The notes under the pieces are model-generated. The model was not told the origin of the DNA. It saw only the letters and a list, made by a program, of their open reading frames with translations, and ran no database searches. This document shows, one piece after another, positions 31,688 to 44,560 of a DNA stretch of 64,000 nucleotides. The position numbers and the translations under genes were made by a program. Within the stretch, counting starts at the first letter, position 1. The number at the start of each line of letters is the position of its first letter. The stretch lies in assembly GCF_009914755.1 (NCBI RefSeq), contig NC_060934.1. One strand, written 5' to 3'. The stretch comes from the human T2T-CHM13v2.0 reference genome, Homo sapiens.

Positions 31688-32225
31688 TGTAATGGTTAAT
31701 TTTAATGTATCACTTTGGCTGGCCACAGGCTGCTCAGATATTTGGTTAAACATTATTCTGGGTGGGTCTATCAGGGTGTTTCTGGATGAGATAAACATTT
31801 GAATCAGTAAACTAAGTAGACTGCCCTCCCCAGTGTGAGTGGGCTGCATTCAATCCATTGAAGGCCTGAACAGAACAAATGGCCAAGTAAGGGAGAATTC
31901 TCTCTCCTCTGTCTGACTGCCTTCTAGCTGGGAAGTTGGTCTTCTCCCACCTATGGATTTAGACTTGGACTTGGATGGAATGTACACCACTGGATCTCCT
32001 CATTTTCAGACCTTCAGACTCAAACTGGAACTATACCATTGGATCTCCTGGGTCTCCACTTTGCCAACTGAAGATCTTAGGATATCTCAACCTCTATAAC
32101 TACGTGAGCCACTTCCTTATAATAAAGTGTTTATAATAAATGCTTCTTATATAATATATATACATTTAAATATGTGGGTGTGTAACCTATTGGTTCTGTT
32201 TCTCTGGAGAACTCAGACTAACACA
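31688..32225 (+). mobile_element. MLT2B/D (HERV-L) solo LTR
   Basis: tgtaatggttaatttt...ctattggttctgtttctctggagaactcagactaacaca. Confidence 0.85.
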
Positions 32226-32287
32226 GGGTCATTTGGATGGGGCTTTCCAATGTTCCAGGAATTGGAGCATTGTCTAGAAGGCAGAGG

Positions 32288-32814
32288 TGTAGGAGACCAG
32301 AAAATGCTACTCCAAAGTATGCCTCTTTGGCTTAAGACTTATTTTGAGCTTATTATTTTGAGAAGCTACAGACACAAAAGATGCTCTGAAAACAAAGTGG
32401 CAGCTACCTTTGTGTAAGGGAAATTTATATCTATAAAAGGTGAAATCTCCATCTGTAAGAGTGTCTCCCTCTCTGTACCAGGACTCAAATCACTAAAGAC
32501 TCTTATCAATGGAGAAGGCGCTGACTCAGATCTGCAAATACAAACATTACTCTTTGTTTACTGTGCTTTTTCTTCCCATAACCAGCCTTCCCCATGCCCT
32601 TGTTTCTTAGTTTCCATAGACAATAGTTTTTAAGCCTGAATTCCAAGCCACCTCTTTGAGATTCATTCATTTTTCTGAGTACCTCCCATCTATGCATGAG
32701 GGTATACTTGTTATTAAACTTCTGTTTTTCTCTTGTTAATCTGTCTTTTGTTACAGGGGTCTGTCCCAACTAAAAACTATGAAAAGTAGAGAGAAATTAT
32801 TTTCCTCCCCTACA
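32288..32814 (+). mobile_element. MER34-family solo LTR (ERV1)
   Basis: TGTAGGAGACCAGAA...attattttcctcccctACA; TG...CA termini. Confidence 0.8.
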
Positions 32815-34854
32815 CAGGCATGAGCTCCAAGTTGGCATGTCAACTTGGCTTTTGGACTCTAACCCTAGGAAAAGGGCAAGACCAGAGAAAGCTCAGACGG
32901 AGTGTGACACAGAAGTGTCAGAGGGGGCCAGCTCTTGTTGTCTAGGAGACTTTCTGATCTCACTCATGTCTGGAACAAAGGAGAGAAGAGTCTTCCCCAT
33001 CCCAAGCCTAGCTCAAAGAAATAAACATTCACAAAAATTTCGTAGCTTCCAATCTTATAGCATCATCCAAATCCCTCCCAATTTGTACCCACCTCCCATC
33101 AACATAATAACCCACCTCTTCCAGGGAACAGAGCCAAGGAGGTTTACCTTTTAAGGGCTTTGTCTTCTGTTACGATCTGCCATGGTCTACAGCATAACCA
33201 GTTAAATCTTGATCTCTTTCTGTCCAGCTTCTTCTGTCTTCCTGACGCCTAGTGTCCATATGTCAAAATATATTGATATATATTTTAGAAATGGAGACAA
33301 TCAGCCATTAAAACAGTAGTTCCCAGCCTTTAGGGTTTCAGAAACCAATACTTTTAATTTTAATTCACAGGCCATGATTCCATTAAAGAAAGCCAGCTGA
33401 ACACAAAAATATAGGAACAGCATCATCTCTGTGTAAAGGATACTCCAAATTAAATAAGCTTGGCTTTATAAAAAAAAAAAACTCACTATATTTTCTTTAC
33501 TTTTCACATTTAGTCTTAGACCAGGGAAACTTGATTCTTTTCTCATTTTTTCCACAAAGACCAATATTTGGAAATTACTTCTTTAAAGCTCATAACGGGA
33601 AAAATTTTAAAGCCGTTATGTTAACACGGAAGTACGCCAGTGTCCAGATTCCTGGGATGGGCAGGGAGTACAGAGAGAAGAAGACGTCTGCCCTCCAGCA
33701 GGGCTTACTCCAATTCTATTCTTTTTCCATGGCTCAGGCTGGACCTTGACATTGACAGGCGCAGCTCCTAAATCTTCCTTTGTTTTCAAATTCATTTCTC
33801 CCAGGTCGTCTGGACTGTAAGCTCCTCTACAGTGACAAGTATTTTGCTTCATTTTTGTTTCTTCTTCTCATCTCCAAAGCCAGGACTAGGGTGAGCTTAT
33901 CTCTCACCGTTCCCCCAACAAAAGCCCTCTCTCCAGGTGCTGCCTCTGCTGCCCTCACCTGTGCTGTGCCCATCCAGCCTCCCCGTACTTGCTCATGCCC
34001 TCTCCCCCAGAAATGCCCTCTGCCTTCCCAGATGCTGTGGAGCCCAGCCCAGGGCCCCTCTCCAGGAAGCCCACCGGAACCTCCCTGTCTTCTGAGTGCC
34101 TGTGACCCTCTTAGCAACACTGGGTTCTCAGCAACCTCCAACCTCCAGGCGTTCTCAAATCTATCACAGGTGTGTCCACTGGACTGGAGCTCCACCTGCA
34201 TCACACACTGTCATGGATGTGTCAGGAGTTGGCATCTTACCATCCTCTGCCCCAGGAGCAGTATGGGGGCTTTTTGCTAAAAGCCAGTACACTGAAGCTT
34301 CAGCCTAGATTGTAGCCCAGCGTTCTGCTCACAGTTGGGGGAACCAGACGGGGGCTGCCCGGCTGTCCTGCCTTACCCTGCGGGGAGAGCGCTTGGTTAT
34401 TTCCATCCAAGCCCCTCCCTGGTGCGTTTGTTCTGCAAACTCTCTGGTCACACTCCAAGCCACTGCCTTTGCTGCACTGTCTGTAAACATGACAGTCTCG
34501 GGGCTATATTAAGATTTTATGAGTCTGTAAAACAGATTAAGAGATTCAGTGTGAAATTCTCCTTTTTAAAAGCTCTTCTTTCCCTTCAGATCCCATCAGC
34601 TGCACCAGCCCTGGCCCCATTGGCTTCCCATCCTGCCTGGGGACTGCTCTGAGATTTCAAAGTTAAAGTAAATGCTGCTTTTTCAAAACATATGGGCACC
34701 AGCTTCCCTCCCTTCTCATCCAGTGTTACTATTCGACTAGGTGATGGATCCCATTTTTCTTGACACTTAGGCATTGAAGGGGCTTTCTAAATGGTGTCTT
34801 TCCCTTCTCTAAACAAGCATGGCTCAAAATATAAGCTACTCAAGTGAGAATGTG

Positions 34855-34958
34855 AGAGGATGAACAATTGGCCTGGTTTTCCTGGGACTTTCAGCACTAG
34901 AAGTCCCATGTCCAGAAACCCCACGGCGCTGGGCAAAGTGGGAGAGTTGTTTGCCCTA
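34855..34958. mobile_element. MER81-like hAT-Blackjack MITE
   Basis: ttcagcactagaagtccc...ctgggcaaagtgggagagttgtttgcccta. Confidence 0.6.
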
Positions 34959-36213
34959 GCATGAAGGCTTCTTGCAGAATCACCAAATGTTAGAACCAGG
35001 GGAATTGTCTGAACACTGGGAGAGAAGACTTTCAAATGATTTAGAGCCTCAGACCACTGTTTCAAATGAAAACTTATCTGAGAAGCAATAAGCAAACAGA
35101 CGCGACAGGAAATCCTCTGGTGGACAGAGGTGGGGAGCCTGCAGGGAGAGTAAGGCTCTGACCTGGAACACTGGGCTTCTCTGATGTCATCCAACAATCA
35201 CCCAACCCCCAAGAAGACAGGGGGCTCCCACTCACCTCAAATCAAAGCCCTGGGAGGAGCTTTGCAGTGACTTTGGTTAATGATATCAGATTAAAAACTG
35301 CAGCCCCAAGGGGAAGTATGACTTTAGGGGCCAAACTAGACCTCCTCTTCCTTAATTTCCAAAAGAGACAGCTAGACATGCCCTCTGGCAGCACCTCCTT
35401 CCTCCCCACATACATTTGCTTTCTAATTTTGGAAAATAATCTCATGAACCCCAAACCCAATCTTAGAGACACTGCCACATAAAACCCCCACACGCATGCA
35501 TGCATGCACCCACAGTCGCCTCCCTGGGGGCCTTGCACACCCTGACTGAGAGGGCAGCCAGCCCTGCTTCTGGCAGGGAAGATGGAGAGAGGGACAAGGA
35601 GAGGAAAAGGAAAAGGGAGAATCAGGCAGACAGAAGTAGGGCAGAAGCTGGGTTCAGAGCCCTGGCCATGCTATCACCAGCTTACAGCCGAGAAACAGAC
35701 AGGCAGAGTGAGGGTACGAGGCTGGGGTCAGAGGTTTTGAAGCCAGACTCATCCCTGGCCTCCTGACTCAAGGCTCTTTCTGCCACCCAGACAGAATCAT
35801 ACCTAGCTGGGCCATGGCTATTTAAGGGAGGCCATTCACCCACTAATCACAGATTCTGACCTTCATGGCTTAGTCTGACCTTCACAGCTTAGTATGAAAA
35901 AAATGCAGGGAATGGGGGCATTTGAGGAGTCCATGCCGGGACCTCCAAACACTGCATCTCTGAGATCAATATAGACCTTCTGGAAAGGCCCTGGTTATTT
36001 ACAAGCTTCTGCTCACACCTAGTGCCCAATTCGTCACATTCTCACTAAACACAACCTCAGCACCATGGGGGGACAGGGAAGGGTCTGTTCTCCCTGCACA
36101 TAGAAGCGGCCAGGCACCCAGCTTACCCTGAATCTGGAAACTTCTGCACTCAGAATCCTGGATTCCATTCCCCAGTCAACTGCAGGTCCCAGGTAAGGAA
36201 ACCCATTCCAGTT

Positions 36214-36658
36214 CTCTGAGTTTGGGAAGAAAGGGCAGGCCCACTCATCGGTGATGCTGGAGCTCCAGCTGAAGAACCCACCAGCCCTGGAGGAGGGGGG
36301 CCTGGGCTGGGCGGACTCTCTGGCAAGAGCAGGTTTCCATGGAGACATGAATCCAGGGCTGGAAGGACCTTCTCAGTTTGCTCTGAGCCACTGCCTGGCT
36401 CACACCCTACGTGAGGCTCCTGCCCTCATCTCCCCCTGGCATATTCTCCCCACATTGGACTGGCAGATGATGGCTCACTGTGCAAAGCACTTAGTGACAG
36501 GATCCTTTTATTCCTCACTCTAACCAACCCAATGGGCACGAACTCCATCAAAGGATGAAGCAGAGTCCCAGAAGATCAAGTGTTCGCCCAAGTCTCAGAG
36601 TTTGGGAAGAAAGGGCAGGCCCACTCATTGGTGATGCTGGAGCTCTGGGCGAAGAACC
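36214..36658. repeat. Dispersed ~65-bp direct repeat (36214-36278 and 36594-36658)
   Basis: gagtttgggaagaaagggcaggcccactcat(c/t)ggtgatgctggagctc in both copies, 380 bp apart. Confidence 0.95.
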
Positions 36659-38356
36659 AAAAGTCACCCAGTGAGTTCACGGGGACACACAGCTCCACCT
36701 CCAGCAGAGGTTCCTACTCCCCCAGCTGGGACAGCCACTGCAGCACCGCTCTGCTCTCTCGCCTCCCCAGTGGCAGACACCCCAGCCTGTGCCACGGCCA
36801 CTGCTCAGGGTGAGCCACATGCCCCCTGGGCACCCTCCGCTGGCATATGTCAGATGTTGCTCTCACAGACTTTATTTTATCACTACAACAAGCCTGTAAA
36901 ACAAGTCTGAGCCTATCCCCCTTCTGTCTGTAGATGGGGAAGGAGGTTTGATTTGCCCAAGGACCACCAGGGAATCACTGCATGGGCTGACCCCAGCTGC
37001 AGCCCTCCTGCATGGCTGCCTGTCACTCCAGCTAAGCAGAGGAGCTGCCGTTACCAGCACCCTTTCCCTTTCTAATCTGAAGGCAGCCCTGCGGTGAGAG
37101 AGTCCCAGCGTCACCCATCACCCCAGCAGGTCAGGGGCCCTGGAGTCCCCCCTTGATGAATGACCTTAGCAGGAAAGAGAAATCTGCCCCCTCTCCGTGC
37201 CCCACACCCACAGCCAAACAGTGGCTTCTCACCACTCCAGCTTCCTTTCCAAGAGGGTCCAAGCTCCCACCGTGGCTTCCACACTATTCAGACACTTCCT
37301 AAGTTCACGGGTCATTCCAGTGCTTTGCCACTTCCAGGGAAATCAGCACTGGAAATGCAAGTCAGCAAATAGGACAGAAGCCCAGGAACCAAGGGTAGGG
37401 CCCAGGGAGCCCTACCAGGGGCTGGCAATCTAGGGCAAGTCTCTCCCCTCCAGGCTCGTCTCCTCCTCTGTTGTTGGATAAAGCAAATCGCTTCCAGCTC
37501 TATATGCCCCGCCATCTTTTTGTAATTAATATTTCAACTGATTACATGAGTTAGAGGAAACCAAACAATGAGGATGATGAAAACAAAAAGTGTTTGCATT
37601 GGAATTTACACAATGAACTCACCCTAGAACTATTCCAGAATTAAAAGCCTCTTAAAATACGGTCAGATGCAGCATAGGCCAACCCATGCTGCTCTGAGCT
37701 GCTTCCAGTGGTCTTGGTTGGAAAGAATGGACTGCCTAGGATGGAGGGGGAGTGGGGTGGGGTGGGGAGGTGGGGGCCTGCACAGAACCTGGGGGAGCAA
37801 ACCCTGGCCTCAGACATGAAGTCTGACAAAAGAGCCTTGTGTGGTGTAGGGCTCAGAGTCCAGTTTCTTGTGCTGAGAACCAAGTGGAGGATCGCGTGTC
37901 TGCCTACCCGCCCCATGTCCCCCCACCCCATCCCCCCACTGAGCGCCCACTGCTTGCGTCGGGGCCATCAGGAATAGCAGTGAGGGGGGCTCTGTGGCTC
38001 CCTGGAGCTCTCAGCCGCCTTGCATATCTCCAGGGGCTTCTGGAATGGTCTGGATCTGTATACAGTTTCAGGGTTTCCTTGCTTTTCCAGTCTGAGACTG
38101 AAACTCATCCTCTAAGCATTTGAAAGAAACAACAGGAAAACTCAATCCTCTTTCCTTCCACAGCACATTTAGGGTGAGAGCTTCACAGCTGAAAATCTCC
38201 TTTAAAGAAAACGCGGCCCAAATGTGCTGGGAGGAGAAGCCAGTGGATCTAGGAGGGGCCGGCGTTGCCGGCTCTGTCTCTGGGCTGACAACCTGGTTTC
38301 AGTATTGGTAAGTGGGTCAACCCCAGCTCCAGCGGCTCCTCCTCACCTCTGCCGAT

Positions 38357-38436
38357 TGAGGGCCACTGCAAATTTCAAGCAGAATAAAAGAGTATTCTGA
38401 GGGCCACTGCAAATTTCAAGTAGAATAAGAGTATTC
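38357..38436. repeat. Tandem duplication (41 + 39 bp)
   Basis: tgagggccactgcaaatttcaag(c/t)agaataa(aa)gagtattc twice. Confidence 0.95.
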
Positions 38437-40261
38437 CACAGTTAAAGAAAATTTTATATATCTATATCCATCTCGCACAGATTACGTACTAGGCCTTCGT
38501 CTAAGCACTTCTTAATTATTAACTCATTCAGTCCCATTTTACAGATGACAAAACTACCAAGTGGAGAACCAAGGTCACGTTGCTACTAAATGGCAGAGCC
38601 AAGAGTTGAGGCCAGGCTATCTAGGTAGGACCAGGACCCAGAGTGGAGGGTGGGCCCAGGGCTGCCAGGTGGGCTCAGCGGGCCTGGAGCTGGTTTGAAA
38701 CACAGGCGCTGCGGTGACCAAGTGAGCTGGCCCTGAAGGGCAGCGTGAGGGAAGAAGCCAGACCCCCCAGCCAGAGCCCCAGCCCTCAAGGGACAACTTG
38801 GCCAGGACAAGCTACTGGAACAGGCCAGGGCCCTTTTGGCAGGGAAGGGAGAACTGGACCACCCGGCCGAGAATTCCAGAGACTTTTCTCACTGATGGGA
38901 AGAAAACTGGGTCCCGGTAGGGGCCAGTGGGGAACGGGGCTTTGAAGGAACTCAGGACTCAGGCGTCCTTGGGATCATCTCGGCAAACTGCAGGTCTCCG
39001 GGGAGCCGCTCCGGTGCATTCCCAGGTCCAGCCTGCCCCCTGCTGGCTGTGTCGGGGAACCAAACACAGGCGTCAGCCTCATCGTGCAAAGGTGGACTTC
39101 TGAGTTCTCAGATACCCCCGTGAAGCCCACGCTTATAAACTGGGAATGACACGTCACAAAATCAGTTATAGAGTGCTGCTGATACAGTCATCATTCATTC
39201 TAACCACGTATTTAAACCGAGAAGATTGCATGTATGTTCTGCCTGTCAAGGAAACCATGGCATAAATTGTGTAAAATTTGTGTGCAGCATATTTTTGTCA
39301 GAAGTGGGGCAGAGAGGAGAGTGTTTAGGGGCTGGAGGTTAAAGTGCTGGAATCCAGGTCACCTCTACCCCAGTATACTCAAATGGTTGACTCAGGGCTT
39401 CAATGAAACACTCAACAATCGGAACGGGGAGTTTCAATCCTGCTAAGAAAACAGTCTATTTCCCTTCTGCTAATTTCATTAAATCAGTCTAGTATTTTTC
39501 AAAGCCTTTTGGCAGTTATCATAAAACAGACTCTCTGATCCCATAGGACAGTGATAGAGGATCATAAATCCAGCTGATTTGCATCTTTTAATGACCCAAA
39601 CTTAATCACCCATAAAATCCCAGCCTCCAGCCAGACTGGCTTCCAGTTCGTTGCTGTTATTTGAGTATTTGCAGTAGAAAGTTTAATTTTGCTTTCACCT
39701 GGCCAGGACCCTGGGCTCACACCCACCATGTGCTAGCATCTGTAGTAAGAACAAATTTTGCAGAACAAAGCAGGTGACAAAACAGGTATTATTTTTCTAT
39801 AACAGGACTTAATATGAGAGTCCAGCCCCCATTCACCAAATAACAACAAATGTCATCTAATCACTTCTGGGAATGGCTTGGTGATGCCTTAGTCTCTTTG
39901 CAGCTCCAGGTACACTTTCCCCTTCCTTGGTATCATCCACTCCTAAGGATTAAAGTGCCATCCACCTGCAGTTGCCTCCTGTTTCTCCCCACAGACCAGA
40001 TCCCTCCTGTGCTCCAGACTCACCCAGCTAAAAGAGAAATGCCATTTCCATCCACACCGCTTCCCTCTGAGCCTTCCCTGTCTCCATGACTCAGGTCCAA
40101 ACCAGGGCATCTTTTTGAGTCCTCTTTCCCTCACACCTAATCCAACCTTCAGTACAACCTGTGGGGTCTACCTCCCAAATAAAGCCCAAAGGTGACCTCT
40201 TTCACCTTTGCTGTTGCTGCCAGCCTTGTCCATGCACCACCGTCTTTAATCCGGATGATTC

Positions 40262-40462
40262 CAGAACTTCATGGTCCACACGGAGCCACTAGCCACATGT
40301 CGCTATGTAAATTGCACTAATTTAATTAAAATAAAGTGAATTTTAAAGCCGAACTTCTCAGCCACACCTAGCCAGATTCCAAGTGCTCAAGGGCCACACG
40401 TAGGCCCGTGGCCGCTGCAGGTGCAGTGCCAATGCAGGACACTTCCATTGCAGGACAGCCCT
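40262..40462 (-). mobile_element. MER3 hAT-Charlie MITE within L2 sequence
   Basis: agccactagccacatgt...ctagccagattccaagtgctcaa...ggacagccctg. Confidence 0.7.
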
Positions 40463-40679
40463 GCTCCAGGATCTCTCAGGGACAAAAGGGACGATGACCC
40501 CTGCCTGCATGTGTGTCTCCTCCCCCAGGCCCAGCCCATCTTCCCCAGGGCAAGCAGGGCCTTCTTCCTGAGCACGACTCAGCTGACATCGCACCTGTGC
40601 TTAAACTCTCTTATTGCCTATCCCGGTTAACAGAACAAAACGCCAGTTCCTTCTGTGGCCAGCCAGGCGCCACATCTTC

Positions 40680-41330
40680 ACATTCAGCCAACCATCAGCA
40701 AATATCTATTGGACATAAACTATGTGCCAGGCAATTGTGATGGAAGATGCCAAACAGCAAAGAGTCAAAACTCCTCGCCTCCATGGAGCTGTCTAGGGGT
40801 AGGGGGGCGGGGGGAGCGATAAACAAACGGTAAGTAAATGATGGTTTTCTAGAAGATGAAATTGCTATATATATATATATTTAAAAAAGAGCAGATTGAA
40901 GGCACCTGGAATGCCAGGGGAGGGTGACCAGATGGCCTCGTTGACAAGGTGACAGGTGAGCCTTCCAGGTGGGGGATCAGCCAGCGGGGAGGCTCCAAGG
41001 TGTGGGCAGGCCTGGGTATTTGAGAAACCCAGGGGATCCAAGGGGCTGGGAAGGAGGAAATGAGGGAAAGGGTAGGTCCTTGGGGTCATGGGAAGGACGT
41101 GGGCTTTCATCTGAGCCAATGGGAAGTTATGGCAGGGTTTGAGCTGAGCAACAGTTCCCAGCTCATATTCAAAAGGCTCCTTCCAGCTGCCGGCATACGA
41201 TGGGTGTTAAGAGGGGGGCGCAGAGAGCCCCGAGTCACCTGCAGGGAGGAGGAGGGTGAAGTGGATTTGGGTGGCAGTGGTGAGGAGTTCAGAGATGTTC
41301 AGAGGATCCCAGGTGGGTGGGATGTGAGTG
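40680..41330 (-). mobile_element. L2 3' end
   Basis: cattca...caaatatctattg...ctatgtgccaggca; gggctttcatctgag...gggttttgagc-like motifs. Confidence 0.65.
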
Positions 41331-41950
41331 GGGGTAGCAGCCCAGGATGGCTCTGGGTTCCTTGGCTCCTGAGAGATGGGAAGGACAGGTGTGCAATGCT
41401 GGTGAAGACACGAGTGGGAGGCGTTCACTGGACACTAAAACAGAGGGGCAAACGGAGAGCAGGAGGCATTCACTGGACACCCAAGAGGAGCGATAAAGGG
41501 GAGCGGGAGGAGTTCACTAGACGCCCAAGCAGAGAGGCAAAAGGGCTGGGTCTGAGTCCACAGTGCTGGAGAGAGGTTGCTTTAGAGGCGGGAGCTAAGT
41601 GCTATGAAGCTGGCCCGCTGCTCTCTCCTTTCCTCTCTCCACTCTCTCCGTCTGGCCACTTGCACCTCCCTTTGCACCCACGACATCCCAGCTCATTTCA
41701 GTGCCCTAGCCTCTATCCTAGCAGTCCCCTGGCCAGCTCCACTGCGCGGTTCCGCCCTCTGCTTCCCACCGCACTCCGCAGCCCTGAATGATCGCTACTC
41801 ACCCGGCTTAAACTGTGAGCCCAAGGATACTTGAGGACAGTTGTGTGAGGACACTTGTGGAGGACAGACACTCCAGCTCCTTGCTTGGGCTGTATTCCCA
41901 GCGCTAGACAGGCCTAGCCCCAGAAGACTCAGCGTCTGCACTGCCCCCAC

Positions 41951-42010
41951 CTTGCCCGCCCCCTGCCCTACGTTGCCCCGCCCCCTGCCCTACGTTGCCC
42001 CGCCCCCTGC
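41951..42010. repeat. 22-bp C-rich minisatellite (~2.5 copies) with GC boxes
   Basis: ccccctgccctacgttgccccg repeated. Confidence 0.9.
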
Positions 42011-42119
42011 AGCCACCTGCTGCTTTTCTGGGAGGCCCAGGAACCCAGATGGTCGCTGATGAAGAGGAGCATCTCTCCCGCACCAGTGGACCCAGCCCTG
42101 GGTTCTCAGCCTATAAGAT

Positions 42120-43044
42120 ACCACCACGCCCATACACAAACACGTACAAACATACACACTCCCACACACAAACACACACACGCAATCACACACACAAACA
42201 CCCCACACCCACACACAGTCACACACACACCCCACACATAAACATCCACACATTCACACACACAATCACATACACACACCCCACACCCACACACAAACAC
42301 ATACACACAAACATCCCCCCACACACACTGACATACATACAAACGCCACACAAACACACAATCACACACAAACACCTCCACACACAATCACACACACACA
42401 AACACCCCCGCAGTCACACACACAATTGCAAACATACACATCCCACACTCACACACAAACACAATCACAAATACCTCACACACAGTCACTCACAAACATG
42501 ACCCCCACACACAGTCACACACACAAACACCCTACACACACACAACCCCCCACACACAGACACACACACAAACACCCTCCACACACAAAAACAATTTCAC
42601 ACAATCACACATAAACACCCACCCCAACACACACAAACACCAACACATGCCCACACACACAAATATTCCCCATACACATGCACACCCCCCACACACAAAC
42701 ACACAATTACTCACAAGAACACACACAAACACTTCCACACTGACAAACACAATCGCAAACATATACACACTTCACACTCACATGCAATCACAAACACCAC
42801 ACACGCACACACACACAAACACTCCCCCACACACAATCAAAAACATACACCCCACAACCACATAAATGCACACAACACATAAACACACACACAAAAAAAA
42901 CACTCCACACACACCCACACATACAAACACCCCACAAACACCCAAACACAATCACACACACAAACACCCCCAACACACCCACATACAAACACAATCACAA
43001 ATACCCACACACGAACACACCCAATATACATTCTCACACTCACA
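42120..43044. repeat. ~0.9-kb degenerate CA-rich low-complexity tract
   Basis: Almost entirely C/A with recurrent cacaatcacacacacaaacaccc units. Confidence 0.95.
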
Positions 43045-43369
43045 AGGTTTAACTTCTTTTCTTCCCCTCCTCCCCCTTCCCCATTCCTGGTCTGAGAGTT
43101 TTATTTGAAAAGACAGGAAAAGCCTGAAAAACCAGCTCGCCTCAAAAGTACATATTTTTTAAAATTGAATACAGTATATTAATTATTGATTATGCATTTG
43201 ATTTATGAATGAGAAATGACTTTGAAACTTCTTTTTTCAGCAGTGGAGCCATTCAAAAGGGATACGAGCGAACGTACTTGTATCCTGACTCCTGAGTCGA
43301 TCCCACTTAACTCAAGTTGTCAACGGTGATGCAGAAGGGGAGCTGTGGAAACCCACAGAAATGTGGCGG

Positions 43370-43880
43370 CGGGGCGGGGCAGAGAACGAGGAGGGGAGGG
43401 GAGAGTAGGGGAGGGGAGGGGAGGGAAAGGAAGGGGAGGGGTAGGGAGGGGAAGAGATGGGAGAGGCGGGGATGGAGGGGTGGAGAAGGGAGGGGATGGA
43501 GGGGCGGGGCGGGACGGAGAACGAGCGGGGGAGGGGAGGGGACGGAGAGGTGGGGAGGGGCGGGGAGGAGATGGAAGGGAGGGGCGGGGATGGAGGGGTG
43601 GAGAGGGGTGGGGATGGAGGGGTGGGATGGGAGGGGAGAGGATGGAGGGGAGGGGAGGAGGTGAAAGGGAGGGGCAGGGATGGAGGGGTGGAGAGGGGAG
43701 GGGATGGAGGGACGGGGTGGGAGGGGAGAGGATGCAGGGGAGGGGAGGAGGTGGGAGGGAGGGATGCGGCAGCGATGGGGAGAAGGGAGGAGCAGGGAGA
43801 GGAGAGAGGTGGAGGAGCGAAGAGGGGATGAAGGTGAGCGGCAGGGCGGGGATGGAGGGACGGAGGGACGGAGAGGGCGA
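43370..43880. repeat. G/A-rich low-complexity tract with a ~90-bp higher-order repeat
   Basis: Dozens of GGG/GGGG runs; block repeated at 43591 and 43681. Confidence 0.95.
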
Positions 43881-44560
43881 AACGATTTCCCGCCGCTCTG
43901 AACGCCCCGCCTGGCCGTGCTGCTCGCCGTGCTGGGAGCGCCCCTGGAGGAGGCTCCCGGGCGGGTGGGCGTCCGCTGCCAGAGCCGAGGCCGCTTCTCT
44001 CCCGGGCGGCCACTTTGCGGGCTGTTCCTCGCTGTCTCTGCTGGAATGGGTGGGCAGGTCTTTGTGCGCTACTTTTAAGTGCTATAATGAGCGCCCTCTG
44101 ATTCCCAGTCCTGGAAGGGGCAGTAGCTCCGGGGAGCGGATGGGGTGTCGTTCGCTCCGATCCCACGTCTGGACGCACCAAAGCCATAGCAATGATCATA
44201 GGGACCCTCGGCCGCCAGGCCGGGGCGGGTGATGGGGACTCTCCGCTCTTCGTTGCGCCCCGCGGGTGGCTGCTCTGCACCTGGTGGACGCCTTCCCTGA
44301 AGTTCTTGTTCCCTTGAATACACTCAGGGCCAAGCAGATTTTCCTCCAGGTGTGGGGATGGGAAATAGCTGGCGGACAGCCCGACGGGAGCGCTGTCTCC
44401 CTGAGATTTGCAGGGCTCGGGCTTATGCAGCAGACTTTGCGGGCGAACCCAGCCATGGGTGTCTGCGGGGAGGCCTGCGCGCGTGCAGACTCCGCAGGCG
44501 GGAGGCCATGGGCTCCCCTAGTTCCTGCTCAGCCTGTGTCCTCACCCACCAGGCCGGCCA
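43830..44560. promoter_or_regulatory. CpG island with no coding gene in the window (orphan CGI, candidate promoter/enhancer)
   Basis: High GC and dense CpG in unique sequence, against CpG-depleted flanks; GC boxes. Confidence 0.8.

Larger units (their letters stand above)
31220..32860. mobile_element. MER115/Zaphod-like hAT-Tip100 DNA transposon, split by two LTRs
   Basis: cccacataccatatgtctaaatatt...aaagttataaatcaagc...aatttagaatt matches recalled MER115. Confidence 0.6.

Noticed and set aside
36057-36080. REST/RE1-like site TCAGCACC-atgggg-GGACAG
   Set aside because: Half-site gap is 6 rather than 2, and the right flank is poor
41990-43108. Many His/Thr and Val/Cys ORFs
   Set aside because: Translations of the CA-rich repeat
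43312-44280. Long ORFs on both strands (322 aa Pro-rich, 295 aa Gly/Arg-rich)
   Set aside because: By-products of the G/A tract and CGI, which are poor in stop codons; no recognisable domain
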